Origin: an uncultured Gammaproteobacteria bacterium
Lineage (GTDB): Bacteria > Patescibacteriota > Patescibacteriia > SG8-24
Length of the DNA: 64,000 nt
Assembly: GCA_964407925.1 (NCBI GenBank)
Contig: CAYOXM010000002.1
Span: 1,046 to 65,045 of the forward strand
Reading direction: 5' to 3'
The position numbers and the translations under genes were made by a program. This document shows, piece after piece, positions 1 through 8,113 of the stretch; position 1 is the stretch's first letter, and every line of letters starts with the position of its first letter. Below the pieces are notes generated by a model. The model saw nothing but the letters and a program-made list of their open reading frames with translations, did not search any database and had not been told where the DNA came from.

Positions 1-166
1 ACACTTTTCGATCAGCCCATTTTAGTCCAAACCTGTCTCAATTTTGCCGACCGGAACACCTCCTCAAAGGGAGGAGAAAGCTGCCTCAAAAAGGCCTAAG
101 GTGCTTGGTGGACGACCGGACCACCGAGCCATGAGCAGGCGTGTGGGGCGTCCCACGTGCCTGATC

Positions 167-196
167 AAAAGCCCGTCCCGAAAGGGGCGGGCTTTT
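167..196. terminator. Rho-independent terminator (bidirectional-type)
   Basis: AAAA-GCCCGTCCC-GAAA-GGGGCGGGC-TTTT hairpin. Confidence 0.75.
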
Positions 197-260
197 GTTT
201 TGGTTGTGGGCAGCCATACTGCTGGCAGCGATTCTAATTACTGCTAAACTATCAGTGGAT

Positions 261-725
261 ATGCGAGCAATCACCGTAATCATTTCCATTCTGATGGCCG
301 AAGGCGCCGGAATCCTCGGCTCGGTGTTTACCGCTTCAAGCGTCAAAGGTTGGTATCCGGCTATAGTTAAACCAGCCTGGAATCCGCCGTCGTGGGTCTT
401 CGGTCCTGTCTGGTCGATGCTTTACGCCCTCATGGGAGTTGCGGCTGCCATGATATGGAATCAGAAAACCATGCCCGGAGCGAAACTGGCGCTTTGGACT
501 TACGGGATACAACTGGTACTAAATGCGATGTGGTCGGTTCTCTTTTTCGGTCTTAAGAATCCAGGTCTGGCTTTCGCGGAAATCATCAGCCTACTCGTTT
601 TGATTACGGTTACGACCGTGCTCTTTTGGAAAATCAGGCCGTGGGCTGGCGTGCTCATGCTCCCTTACGTCGCCTGGGTTTCATTCGCCGCGTGTCTGAA
701 CTACGCTATCTGGCGATTGAATTGA
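261..725 (+). CDS. tspO: TspO/MBR family tryptophan-rich sensory protein
   Basis: WY..IVKPAWNPPSWVFGPVWSMLY, QLVLNAMWSVLFFG and PYVAWVSFA motifs; ATG 261 preferred over TTG 195. Confidence 0.92.
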   Translation: MRAITVIISILMAEGAGILGSVFTASSVKGWYPAIVKPAWNPPSWVFGPVWSMLYALMGVAAAMIWNQKTMPGAKLALWTYGIQLVLNAMWSVLFFGLKNPGLAFAEIISLLVLITVTTVLFWKIRPWAGVLMLPYVAWVSFAACLNYAIWRLN

Positions 726-799
726 ACGAATCGCTCGAGATTTGTCGTGGATGACCTAAAGTAGCTCCATTCGAGGATTTGATACGGTAAAAACCCACT

Positions 800-1225
800 A
801 TGGCAGCAATCAATCCCTACGTTAACTTCAATGGAAATGCCGAAGAAGCGTTTACGTTTTACAAATCCGTTTTCGGTGGGGAATTCGCCGGCATAACCCG
901 TTTCAAAGACATCGCGAGCGCCGAGTTTCCCGTACCCGAAAACGAGGCGAATAAAATAATGCGCATCGCCCTGCCCATTGGCAACAGCGTCTTGATCGCG
1001 AATGACGTACCGGAAAGCATGGGGCGGGTAAACGAGAACGAAAACAGGTCGAAAATCGCCGTGACGACGGAAAGCAAGGAAGAAGCCGAAAGGATTTACA
1101 ACGGACTTTCGGCGGGCGGCACGGTTGAAATGCCGATGGCGGAAAGTCCCTGGGGTACTCACTTTGCGATGTTCAGGGACAAGTACGGCATTGAGTGGAC
1201 CGTGGAATTTGCCCCAAAAAAATAA
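800..1225 (+). CDS. VOC/glyoxalase family protein (PhnB-like)
   Basis: INPYVNFNGNAEEAFTFYKSVFGG ... MPMAESPWG...FRDKYGIEW. Confidence 0.9.
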   Translation: MAAINPYVNFNGNAEEAFTFYKSVFGGEFAGITRFKDIASAEFPVPENEANKIMRIALPIGNSVLIANDVPESMGRVNENENRSKIAVTTESKEEAERIYNGLSAGGTVEMPMAESPWGTHFAMFRDKYGIEWTVEFAPKK

Positions 1226-1250
1226 AGCGACCGCGCATCATCCCGACGCC

Positions 1251-1688
1251 ATGAACATGTTCAAGAGGGTCAAAGCCACGACCGTCGCGAGCTACCTCGC
1301 CTCGGTGCCGCCCGAGCGGCAGGAGCTCATCCGTTTCCTGCACGGGTTCATCCGGAAAACCGCGCCGAAACTGAAGGCGCATTTCGCGTACAACATGCTC
1401 GGGTACGGTTCCTTTCCCTACAAGAACTACAAGAACGATACGCTGTCATGGCCGGTCGTCGCGCTCGCGAACCAAAAGCAGTACGTCAGCATCTACGTCT
1501 GTTCCATCGTGGACGGCAAGTACGTTGCGGAGGCGCACAAGCGGGAGTTGGGGAAGGTGAGCGTGGGAAAGAGCTGCATCCGGTTCAAGAAGCTGGAGGA
1601 CGTGAATCTTCCGGCGCTGGCGAAGGTGATTCGGATCGCGGCAAAGCGTCCAGGACTGCAAGGAGTCGGGAAAAGCAAGACACTATGA
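1251..1688 (+). CDS. DUF1801 (YdhG-like) protein
   Basis: VASYLASVP..RQE, MLGYG, ALANQKQYVSIY, GKSCIRFKKLED. Confidence 0.85.
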   Translation: MNMFKRVKATTVASYLASVPPERQELIRFLHGFIRKTAPKLKAHFAYNMLGYGSFPYKNYKNDTLSWPVVALANQKQYVSIYVCSIVDGKYVAEAHKRELGKVSVGKSCIRFKKLEDVNLPALAKVIRIAAKRPGLQGVGKSKTL

Positions 1689-2116
1689 AAAAAAAGAACC
1701 CAAAACCGGCCGGAGCATCATCGGGGCCGACCGCGCCGTCGGACCTCCGCAGGGCGCTCGCGGCCGCTCCGAAGGCGAAGGCGCAGTGGATGACGCTCAC
1801 GCCGATCGCACGGCGGGACTTCATCAACTGGATAAATTCCGCCAAGCAACCGGAGACGCATCGGCGCCGAATCGAGATTGCCTGCTCGAAACTCGTTGCC
1901 GGTCAGCGTCGTCCCTGCTGTTACGCCGTCGTCCCGATGCCCTTCTACAAAGCCCTCGGGGCCGCTCCGAAGGCGAAGGCGCGATGGAGCGGGCTCACGC
2001 CGGACGAACGCCGCGACTTCGTCGACTGGATCGACGCGGTCAAGGAGCCGGAGGCGAAGAAGTCACGCATCGACAAGGCATGCGCGATGCTCGCGGCCGG
2101 CAAGCGACATCCCTGA
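1685..2116 (+). CDS. YdeI/OmpD-associated family protein with duplicated domain
   Basis: Two copies of AL.AAPKAKA.W..LTP..RRDF..WI...K.PE; ATGA overlap with upstream gene. Confidence 0.8.
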   Translation: MKKKNPKPAGASSGPTAPSDLRRALAAAPKAKAQWMTLTPIARRDFINWINSAKQPETHRRRIEIACSKLVAGQRRPCCYAVVPMPFYKALGAAPKAKARWSGLTPDERRDFVDWIDAVKEPEAKKSRIDKACAMLAAGKRHP

Positions 2117-2135
2117 CGGTTATCAACGAACCCTT

Positions 2136-2459
2136 ATGCTCGACAAGAAAATCATCAAGCAGAGCCTGACCTTCTCCGCGCTGGCGGTGGCGTACGTCTT
2201 CGTCGTGGCGACGGTCATGCGGAACGCGGCGAAGATATTCGGGCCGGATGAGCCGGATAACGTGCTCGCGCCGGTCGCGCTGCTCCTCCTGTTGGTCGTC
2301 TCCGCCGCGACGATGGCCGTATTGGTTTTCGGCAAGCCCGTCATGCTGTATATCGACGGAAAGAAACGCGAGGCCGTCGCGATGGCGATCTGCACCATCG
2401 GCAGCCTCGCGGCCTTCACGATCCTGCTGCTCGTCGGCGTGGCGACGTTCCGTCCGTGA
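2136..2459 (+). CDS. Small hypothetical membrane protein (3 TM)
   Basis: Hydrophobic helices; FGKPVMLYIDGKKREAV motif; operon spacing. Confidence 0.7.
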   Translation: MLDKKIIKQSLTFSALAVAYVFVVATVMRNAAKIFGPDEPDNVLAPVALLLLLVVSAATMAVLVFGKPVMLYIDGKKREAVAMAICTIGSLAAFTILLLVGVATFRP

Positions 2460-2466
2460 CGCATCC

Positions 2467-3012
2467 ATGCCGAAATACCTCGCGCTGCTCCGCGGCATCA
2501 ACGTCGGCGGGAACAACGTCATCAAGATGGCCGACCTCAAGGCGTGCTTCGAGGGTATGGGTTTTTCGGACGTGACGACCTACATCCAAAGCGGCAACGT
2601 AGTTTTCGCTGCGAAGGCGGGAGACGCCGTTCGCCTCGCGGTGAAAATCGAAAAGGCGCTCGCCGCCCGTTTCGCGTATCCCGCGAAGGTCGTCGTCGTG
2701 ACGCATGGCGAACTCCGCAAGGTCGTGCGCGGAGCGCCGAAGGGATTCGGTTCCGCGCCGGCGAAATTCCGTTACGACGTCATTTTCCTCAAGATGCCGT
2801 ACACGGCGAAGGCGGCGATGAAGCACGTAAGCGCCCGTCCCGGCGTCGATGCGGTGCATGCCGGAAAGCGCGCGCTGTACTTCTCCCGGCTCGACGCGCG
2901 CGCGACGCAAAGCCGCCTTTCGAAAATAATGCAGACGCCGGCATACGCGCACATGACCATCCGCAACTGGAACACGACGACGAAGCTGCTCGCCATGATG
3001 GACGGTCAATGA
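2467..3012 (+). CDS. DUF1697 family protein
   Basis: YLALLRGINVGGNN..KMADL, TYIQSGNVVF, TIRNWNT. Confidence 0.92.
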   Translation: MPKYLALLRGINVGGNNVIKMADLKACFEGMGFSDVTTYIQSGNVVFAAKAGDAVRLAVKIEKALAARFAYPAKVVVVTHGELRKVVRGAPKGFGSAPAKFRYDVIFLKMPYTAKAAMKHVSARPGVDAVHAGKRALYFSRLDARATQSRLSKIMQTPAYAHMTIRNWNTTTKLLAMMDGQ

Positions 3013-3070
3013 GGGATGGCGGCATCCTCGGGGTGGCGGGTTGCGTGTTTTTTCAGTACAGTTATCGCAT

Positions 3071-3985
3071 ATGAAGAAGCACTCCGCCATCGCCTACGCG
3101 ATCATTGCGCTTTCCTTTCCGGTGGCGGTTTTCGCGCAGACGGACGGCGGAACCGGCAGCGTCGAGCCCGCCCCGGCGGTAACGGCGCCGCGAGAGTCGG
3201 CCCTTGCCCCCGCGCCGTCGCCGCAAGAAGCGCCGCCTGCCGCGCAGCAGCAAGCGGTCGCTTCGCCGTCGCCTACGCCGTCGCCCAGTCCCGCTTCTGC
3301 CGCTGCGGCCCCCGCTCCGCCGCCTTCGCCCGCGTTGATGCCCGCCGCGCGACCCTCTCCTTCGCCGTCTCCGGCCGCCACGAACGCCGCTCCCGAGGCC
3401 GTCGCCGCGCCGACGTCGCAGCCTGATGAACCGCCCTCGCTCGAGGATGTCCAGGGCGCGGTCGAGGAGATCGCCGAGTACGCGCCGGAACCGATGCAGC
3501 CCGTCCTTGCGGCAGTCGCCGGCGCGCTCGGCGGCATCGTCTTCATGCTCGGCCTTTGGGAGTTCCTGAAGCGCCTCAAGCATCGCGGAAAGAAGGACTG
3601 CGACCACTGCGGCGGGACCGGCACGCAATCCGACGACGGTAAGTGCGGCTTGTGCGGTGGGTCGAAAAAAATTGAAAAAGAGGTGGAAGTGACCATCGCC
3701 TGCACGCACTGCAAGGGGAGCGGAACCGACCCCTGCCACCACTGCAGCGGTACGGGAAAAATGTCCCTGCCTAATCCTCCACAGAGCCAGGAAGAGCTCG
3801 AAGGCTGGCCGCCCTGCGATTTCTGCGGCGGAAGCGGGAAGAAAAAAGTTGGCGCGGGTCGCGACTGGGGAGAGGCGAATGACGCCATGAAGGGCGACTT
3901 CGCCTGCTGCTTCTGTCACGGCAAGAAAACGGCGACGTTCAAGCAGAAAGTGCAGATCGATTGCCCGCTCTGCGCGAAAAAGTAA
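3071..3985 (+). CDS. Membrane protein: signal peptide, Pro/Ala-rich linker, TM helix, DnaJ-type CxxCxGxG zinc-finger repeats
   Basis: CDHCGGTG, CGLCGGS, CTHCKGSG, CHHCSGTG, CDFCGGSG, CCFCHG, CPLC after a TM segment; no J-domain HPD. Confidence 0.75.
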   Translation: MKKHSAIAYAIIALSFPVAVFAQTDGGTGSVEPAPAVTAPRESALAPAPSPQEAPPAAQQQAVASPSPTPSPSPASAAAAPAPPPSPALMPAARPSPSPSPAATNAAPEAVAAPTSQPDEPPSLEDVQGAVEEIAEYAPEPMQPVLAAVAGALGGIVFMLGLWEFLKRLKHRGKKDCDHCGGTGTQSDDGKCGLCGGSKKIEKEVEVTIACTHCKGSGTDPCHHCSGTGKMSLPNPPQSQEELEGWPPCDFCGGSGKKKVGAGRDWGEANDAMKGDFACCFCHGKKTATFKQKVQIDCPLCAKK

Positions 3986-3996
3986 ACACCGACGCC

Positions 3997-4560
3997 ATGC
4001 CGAACAGGACGAAAGCGCGGCTTGAGGAGCTGGCGCAAAATCTGGTATCTTCGACGACGCCGATTCCGGCGGTATTGAAGCTCAAGACTGCCGAGCTGGT
4101 TTTGCGCGTCATGGAACAGAAGAAGCGAAGGCACTTCGGCCTCTTCGTCATTCTCGGCTGGCAGAGGAAGTGGCAGGACTATCTCGACATCTCCGACAGC
4201 CAGCAGGACATCTTCGTCGGCCGCCGCGTCGACATCGAGCGAGCCGGATCCGGCGGGCGTTTCGACGTGGGCACGACCATCGACTTCGACGGGGCGATCC
4301 TGATCGACCGGCGCGGCAACGTCCTGCATTCCGGCGTCTTCATCGAGGGGCTGCGGCCGAGGGCCGTGGCGCAGAAAGTGAATCCCGGCCGTTTCAACGA
4401 CCTGTCCGAGCAGTTCGGCTTCGAGACGAAAGTCCACGCTCGTCACCTTGCGGCGATCGCGGCGTCGTACGTGTTCAAGGGAACCACGGTGTTCACGGTC
4501 TCCGAGGAGACGGACGCGTTCCACGTCTTCGAGGGCGGCCGGATCGTTCATCACTTCTGA
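3997..4560 (+). CDS. Standalone diadenylate cyclase (DAC/DisA_N) domain protein
   Basis: DFDGAILID (DGA motif), ARHLAA (variant of RHR motif), VSEE. Confidence 0.8.
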   Translation: MPNRTKARLEELAQNLVSSTTPIPAVLKLKTAELVLRVMEQKKRRHFGLFVILGWQRKWQDYLDISDSQQDIFVGRRVDIERAGSGGRFDVGTTIDFDGAILIDRRGNVLHSGVFIEGLRPRAVAQKVNPGRFNDLSEQFGFETKVHARHLAAIAASYVFKGTTVFTVSEETDAFHVFEGGRIVHHF

Positions 4561-4633
4561 ATTGCGGAAAATTTGACAGCCGTTCCGCCGCCGCCTATAT
4601 TCGCGGCCGCGATAAATCATTACCGACACCGCC

Positions 4634-4888
4634 ATGATCACGAAGGTCTGCGAAAAGTGCGACAAGGAGATGCGTCTCGTTCCCGCCGGCTTCAGCAAGG
4701 CGAAGAACAAGCCGTACTCGGCGTTTTGGTCCTGCGATACGCGGAACGGCGGCTGCGGCGCGACTGCCAGGGCCGAGGGCGAAGCCGCAGGTCCGGCGCC
4801 GGAAATGATGGGCGGGAGCAGTCCTGACCGCCTCGCGTCGATTGAGCGGAAACTCGACGAAATCATCGGCCTTATCAAGGCGATGTAA
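4634..4888 (+). CDS. Small zinc-ribbon protein with C-terminal coiled coil
   Basis: CEKC...FWSC...GC; LASIERKLDEII tail; TTGACA-N17-TATATT promoter upstream. Confidence 0.65.
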   Translation: MITKVCEKCDKEMRLVPAGFSKAKNKPYSAFWSCDTRNGGCGATARAEGEAAGPAPEMMGGSSPDRLASIERKLDEIIGLIKAM

Positions 4889-4938
4889 CGGCGCGACGCC
4901 GGATGGCGCGGCCGCGGTAAACCTGCCATACTGTTGGC

Positions 4939-5622
4939 ATGTGTTTTTCCGCAACGGCAAGCTTCATCGCGGGCGGCGCGCTCACTGCCGCCGGTGCCGT
5001 CACGCTTCGAGAGGCGAAGGATAGGTCCCATGTCCCGCTCGCGGCGATGCCGCTCCTTTTCGGGATACAGCAGTTGGTCGAGGGCGTCGTCTGGCTCTCG
5101 GCCGACCATCCCGTGGTGCAGAGCTGCGCGGCGTCCGTGTACGTGCTTTTCTCGCATCTGCTCTGGCCGCTCTACGTGCCGCTCGCGGTGATGCTCATCG
5201 AGCCGAAGGGCCGCAGGCGGTCGATTCTCAAGGGGTTCACCGTCTTCGGCATTTCGCTCAGCGTGTGGCTCGGCTGGTTCATCATTCACGGGCCGGTCAA
5301 GGCGTCGCTCGGCGCGCGCGGCATCATCTATTATCTGAATGTTCCGGAAATTCCGTATGGTCTCGCGGCGTACGTTTTCGTGACCTGCTTCGCCTGCTTT
5401 TTTTCGAGTCACAAGTTCATCCGGCTGTTCGGCATCTCCCTTCTCGGCTCGCTCGCCATCGCGCTCATGGCGTACCAGCAGGCGTTTTATTCGGTCTGGT
5501 GCTTCTTCGCTGCCATCCTGAGCGGCATCATCTACGCGCATCTGAAGCAGGGCGTGCGGTTGTGGCCGCAGGCGGTGAAGAAAGCCGCTGCCGCGCTCGA
5601 TAAGAAACTGAAATCGGTCTAG
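4939..5622 (+). CDS. DUF6629-like integral membrane protein
   Basis: MCFSATASF start, PLLFGIQQLVEG, SVWCFFAA. Confidence 0.8.
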   Translation: MCFSATASFIAGGALTAAGAVTLREAKDRSHVPLAAMPLLFGIQQLVEGVVWLSADHPVVQSCAASVYVLFSHLLWPLYVPLAVMLIEPKGRRRSILKGFTVFGISLSVWLGWFIIHGPVKASLGARGIIYYLNVPEIPYGLAAYVFVTCFACFFSSHKFIRLFGISLLGSLAIALMAYQQAFYSVWCFFAAILSGIIYAHLKQGVRLWPQAVKKAAAALDKKLKSV

Positions 5623-5627
5623 TCCCC

Positions 5628-6194
5628 ATGTTTTTGAAAAGCGTCGTCAATTTGGAAGGGCTGCCCGACGACGAACGTCCGCACGTCGCGCTCGCCGGCC
5701 GCTCGAACGTGGGAAAATCCTCGCTCGTCAACGCGCTTTCGGGAAAGGCGAATCTCGCTCGCGTCAGCGCCGAGCCGGGGCGGACGCAGGCGTTGAATTT
5801 TTACGACATCGATCCGGCGTACTACCTGGTCGACATGCCCGGCTACGGCTTCGCGCGCGGACAGAAGGGAAAGCGCGCGGAACTTACTAGGCTCATCACC
5901 GACTACCTGCAGCGCGCGGCACAAGTGAAACTCGTCGCCGTCGTGATCGACTCTCGCATCGGTCCGACCGACCTTGATCGGACGATGCTCGCGTTTTTGG
6001 AGAAGGCGAAGCTGCCGCGCGTCATCCTCGCGAGCAAGGTCGACAAGCTGTCGAACGCGAAATTCGCGGAAATGAAACGCACGCTCGCGAAGGAATATCC
6101 GGACGTGCCGCAGTACTACCACTCCACCGCGTCGAGCAAGTACCGCGGGGAAATCAGGCGCGTGTTCGCCCTCGCGGCGAAAAGCGGAAAGTGA
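5628..6194 (+). CDS. engB: Ribosome biogenesis GTPase YihA/YsxC/EngB
   Basis: G1 GRSNVGKSS, PGRT, G3 DMPGYG, G4 SKVD. Confidence 0.92.
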   Translation: MFLKSVVNLEGLPDDERPHVALAGRSNVGKSSLVNALSGKANLARVSAEPGRTQALNFYDIDPAYYLVDMPGYGFARGQKGKRAELTRLITDYLQRAAQVKLVAVVIDSRIGPTDLDRTMLAFLEKAKLPRVILASKVDKLSNAKFAEMKRTLAKEYPDVPQYYHSTASSKYRGEIRRVFALAAKSGK

Positions 6195-6730
6195 CGCGCG
6201 CTATGAAGATGCGGATGCTTTTCGCCGTTCTCGCGATGGCCGCAATGATCGGCGCCGTGCTCTTCACGCGTCCCGCGCCGGTAACGGCGCCGACGCGCAG
6301 CGCTGGCGCCGCGCCGTCGCCGTCAGCGGGAAAAACCGACGACGAATGGCGGAAAATCTTGACGCCGGAGCAGTTCCATATCCTCCGCGAGAAAGGGACC
6401 GAGGCGCCGTTCAGCAGCCCGCTCGATTTTGAGACGCGTCCCGGAACGTACGTGAGCGCGGACTGCGGCACGCCGCTTTTCCGCTCTGAACAGAAGTACG
6501 ACTCGGGTACCGGATGGCCGAGCTTTTGGGCGCCGATCGACCCTTCTGCCGTCACGCTCGTCCAAGACGACTCTCTGGCGTTCGAGACCCGTATTGAGGT
6601 GCTGGACGCGAAGTGCGGCGGCCACCTCGGTCACGTCTTCGACGACGGCCCTCCCCCGACGGGAAAGCGGTACTGCATGAACGGTGCCGCGTTGAAATTC
6701 ATCCCCGACGAACCGGGGGCGAAACGCTGA
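6191..6730 (+). CDS. msrB: Peptide-methionine (R)-S-oxide reductase with N-terminal signal/anchor
   Basis: [28 protein letters not shown]; hydrophobic N-terminus; start could be 6203. Confidence 0.92.
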   Translation: MTRAMKMRMLFAVLAMAAMIGAVLFTRPAPVTAPTRSAGAAPSPSAGKTDDEWRKILTPEQFHILREKGTEAPFSSPLDFETRPGTYVSADCGTPLFRSEQKYDSGTGWPSFWAPIDPSAVTLVQDDSLAFETRIEVLDAKCGGHLGHVFDDGPPPTGKRYCMNGAALKFIPDEPGAKR

Positions 6731-6737
6731 ACGACCA

Positions 6738-7196
6738 ATGCTGTACTCCGCCTTCATCAAAAAAACCAGGGCATGCCCGTTCTGCACGCCGACGCAAAGG
6801 GTCTTTGCCAAGAACGCCAAGGCGTACCTGACATATTCGATAGCGCCGTATGCCCGCTACCACCTGTTGGCGATTCCCAAACGTCACGTCGAGTCGCTGT
6901 CCGACCTCACCGCCGCCGAGGCGCGGGATATCCAGGAGATGCTGGGCGCGGGCGTTCGGGTCCTTTCCGCGAAGGGCATCGACGACTACACCATTCTTGC
7001 GAGAAACGGCCGCGCGTCGGGCAAAAGCGTGCCGCATGTCCATTATCACGTCATACCCAAGCATCGCATGGGCGACCTGGACCGCGAACAGCAGTTCCGC
7101 AAAGTCATGGGCGCGGCGCAGGTCCGAAAACTCTCCCGTGAAGTGCTTGCCGCCCTGAGGAAACCGGCCCGCCGGACGCGGGGCGGGAAGGCTTGA
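6738..7196 (+). CDS. HIT family protein
   Basis: CPFC, HLLAIPKRH, HVHYHVIP histidine triad. Confidence 0.9.
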   Translation: MLYSAFIKKTRACPFCTPTQRVFAKNAKAYLTYSIAPYARYHLLAIPKRHVESLSDLTAAEARDIQEMLGAGVRVLSAKGIDDYTILARNGRASGKSVPHVHYHVIPKHRMGDLDREQQFRKVMGAAQVRKLSREVLAALRKPARRTRGGKA

Positions 7197-7233
7197 CTTT
7201 TTCGCTAAGATATGTCAACCTTCGCAGATTCCT

Positions 7234-7623
7234 ATGAAGACATTTTTTCGCGACAATCGCGGAGGAGGCAAATCCTTCGGCAAGAAGTTCGGCGACGACC
7301 GCGGTCCGCGGAAATTCGGCTTTGGCGCGCGCGGCAACGGCCCCGCGACGCTGCATGACGCGACCTGCGCGGAGTGCAACAGCCCCTGTCAGGTGCCCTT
7401 CAGGCCCAACGGCAGGAAACCCGTCCTCTGCGGCAACTGCTTCAAGAAGGACGAAGGCGGAGAGCGGCGGAGCTACGGCCGCCCGGCGTTCGGCGAGCGG
7501 CGTACGTTCAGCAAGCCGTTCGAACGGCCCCAGGCGCAGCAGGCCGACCTCAGCCGCGTCGAGGCGAGGCTCGCGGCGATCGAAGCGAGGCTTGACGAGC
7601 TGCTCAGCAGGACCGCGGAATAA
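7234..7623 (+). CDS. CxxC-x17-CxxC domain protein
   Basis: ATCAECNSPCQVPFRPNGRKPVLCGNCF flanked by Gly/Arg/Phe-rich segments. Confidence 0.88.
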   Translation: MKTFFRDNRGGGKSFGKKFGDDRGPRKFGFGARGNGPATLHDATCAECNSPCQVPFRPNGRKPVLCGNCFKKDEGGERRSYGRPAFGERRTFSKPFERPQAQQADLSRVEARLAAIEARLDELLSRTAE

Positions 7624-7628
7624 CCAAT

Positions 7629-7657
7629 AAAAACGGGCCTTCCACAGGCCCGTTTTT
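7629..7657. terminator. Rho-independent terminator
   Basis: AAAAACGGGCCT-tccac-AGGCCCGTTTTT. Confidence 0.8.
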
Positions 7658-7717
7658 GCGACTATCCGGAAGTTCCTCTATACTTCCCGCCATAATCATT
7701 CACGTATCGTTATTGTT

Positions 7718-7999
7718 ATGGCGAAGCTCACGAAGGCCCAGATCATCACCTCGCTCGCGGACAAGACCGGCCTGACGAAAAAGGACGTCATGGCCGTCCT
7801 CGACGCCCAGCACGCGCTGGCGCTCAAGGAGGTCAAGTCCAAGGGCCAGTTCGTGGTCGGCGATTTCGGCAAGCTCGTGAAGGCGCACCGCAAGGCGCGC
7901 ATGGGCCGCAACCCGGCGACCGGCGCGGAGATCAAGATCCCCGCGAAGACCGTCGTGAAGTTCCGCCTCTCCAAGGTCACGAAGGAAGCGCTCGCGTAG
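7718..7999 (+). CDS. hup: HU family DNA-binding protein
   Basis: FGKL...RKARMGRNPATGAEIKIPAK.VVKF. Confidence 0.93.
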   Translation: MAKLTKAQIITSLADKTGLTKKDVMAVLDAQHALALKEVKSKGQFVVGDFGKLVKAHRKARMGRNPATGAEIKIPAKTVVKFRLSKVTKEALA

Positions 8000-8011
8000 T
8001 CGATTCCGGTC

Positions 8012-8048
8012 AGAGCCCCCGCGAGAACGTCCGCGGGGGCTCTTTTTT
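8012..8048 (+). terminator. Rho-independent terminator
   Basis: AGAGCCCCCGCG...CGCGGGGGCTCT followed by a T run. Confidence 0.8.
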
Positions 8049-8113
8049 CCTCGGCATTTGACGGCTGGTCGCGGCGCACGTATATCCTGCACGTAACCGC
8101 TCATCGAACCGCC

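Noticed and set aside
261-3012. Possible integron cassette array (small co-oriented accessory genes)
   Set aside because: No repeated attC-like RYYYAAC...GTTRRRY elements; several genes overlap or are a few nt apart; no integrase
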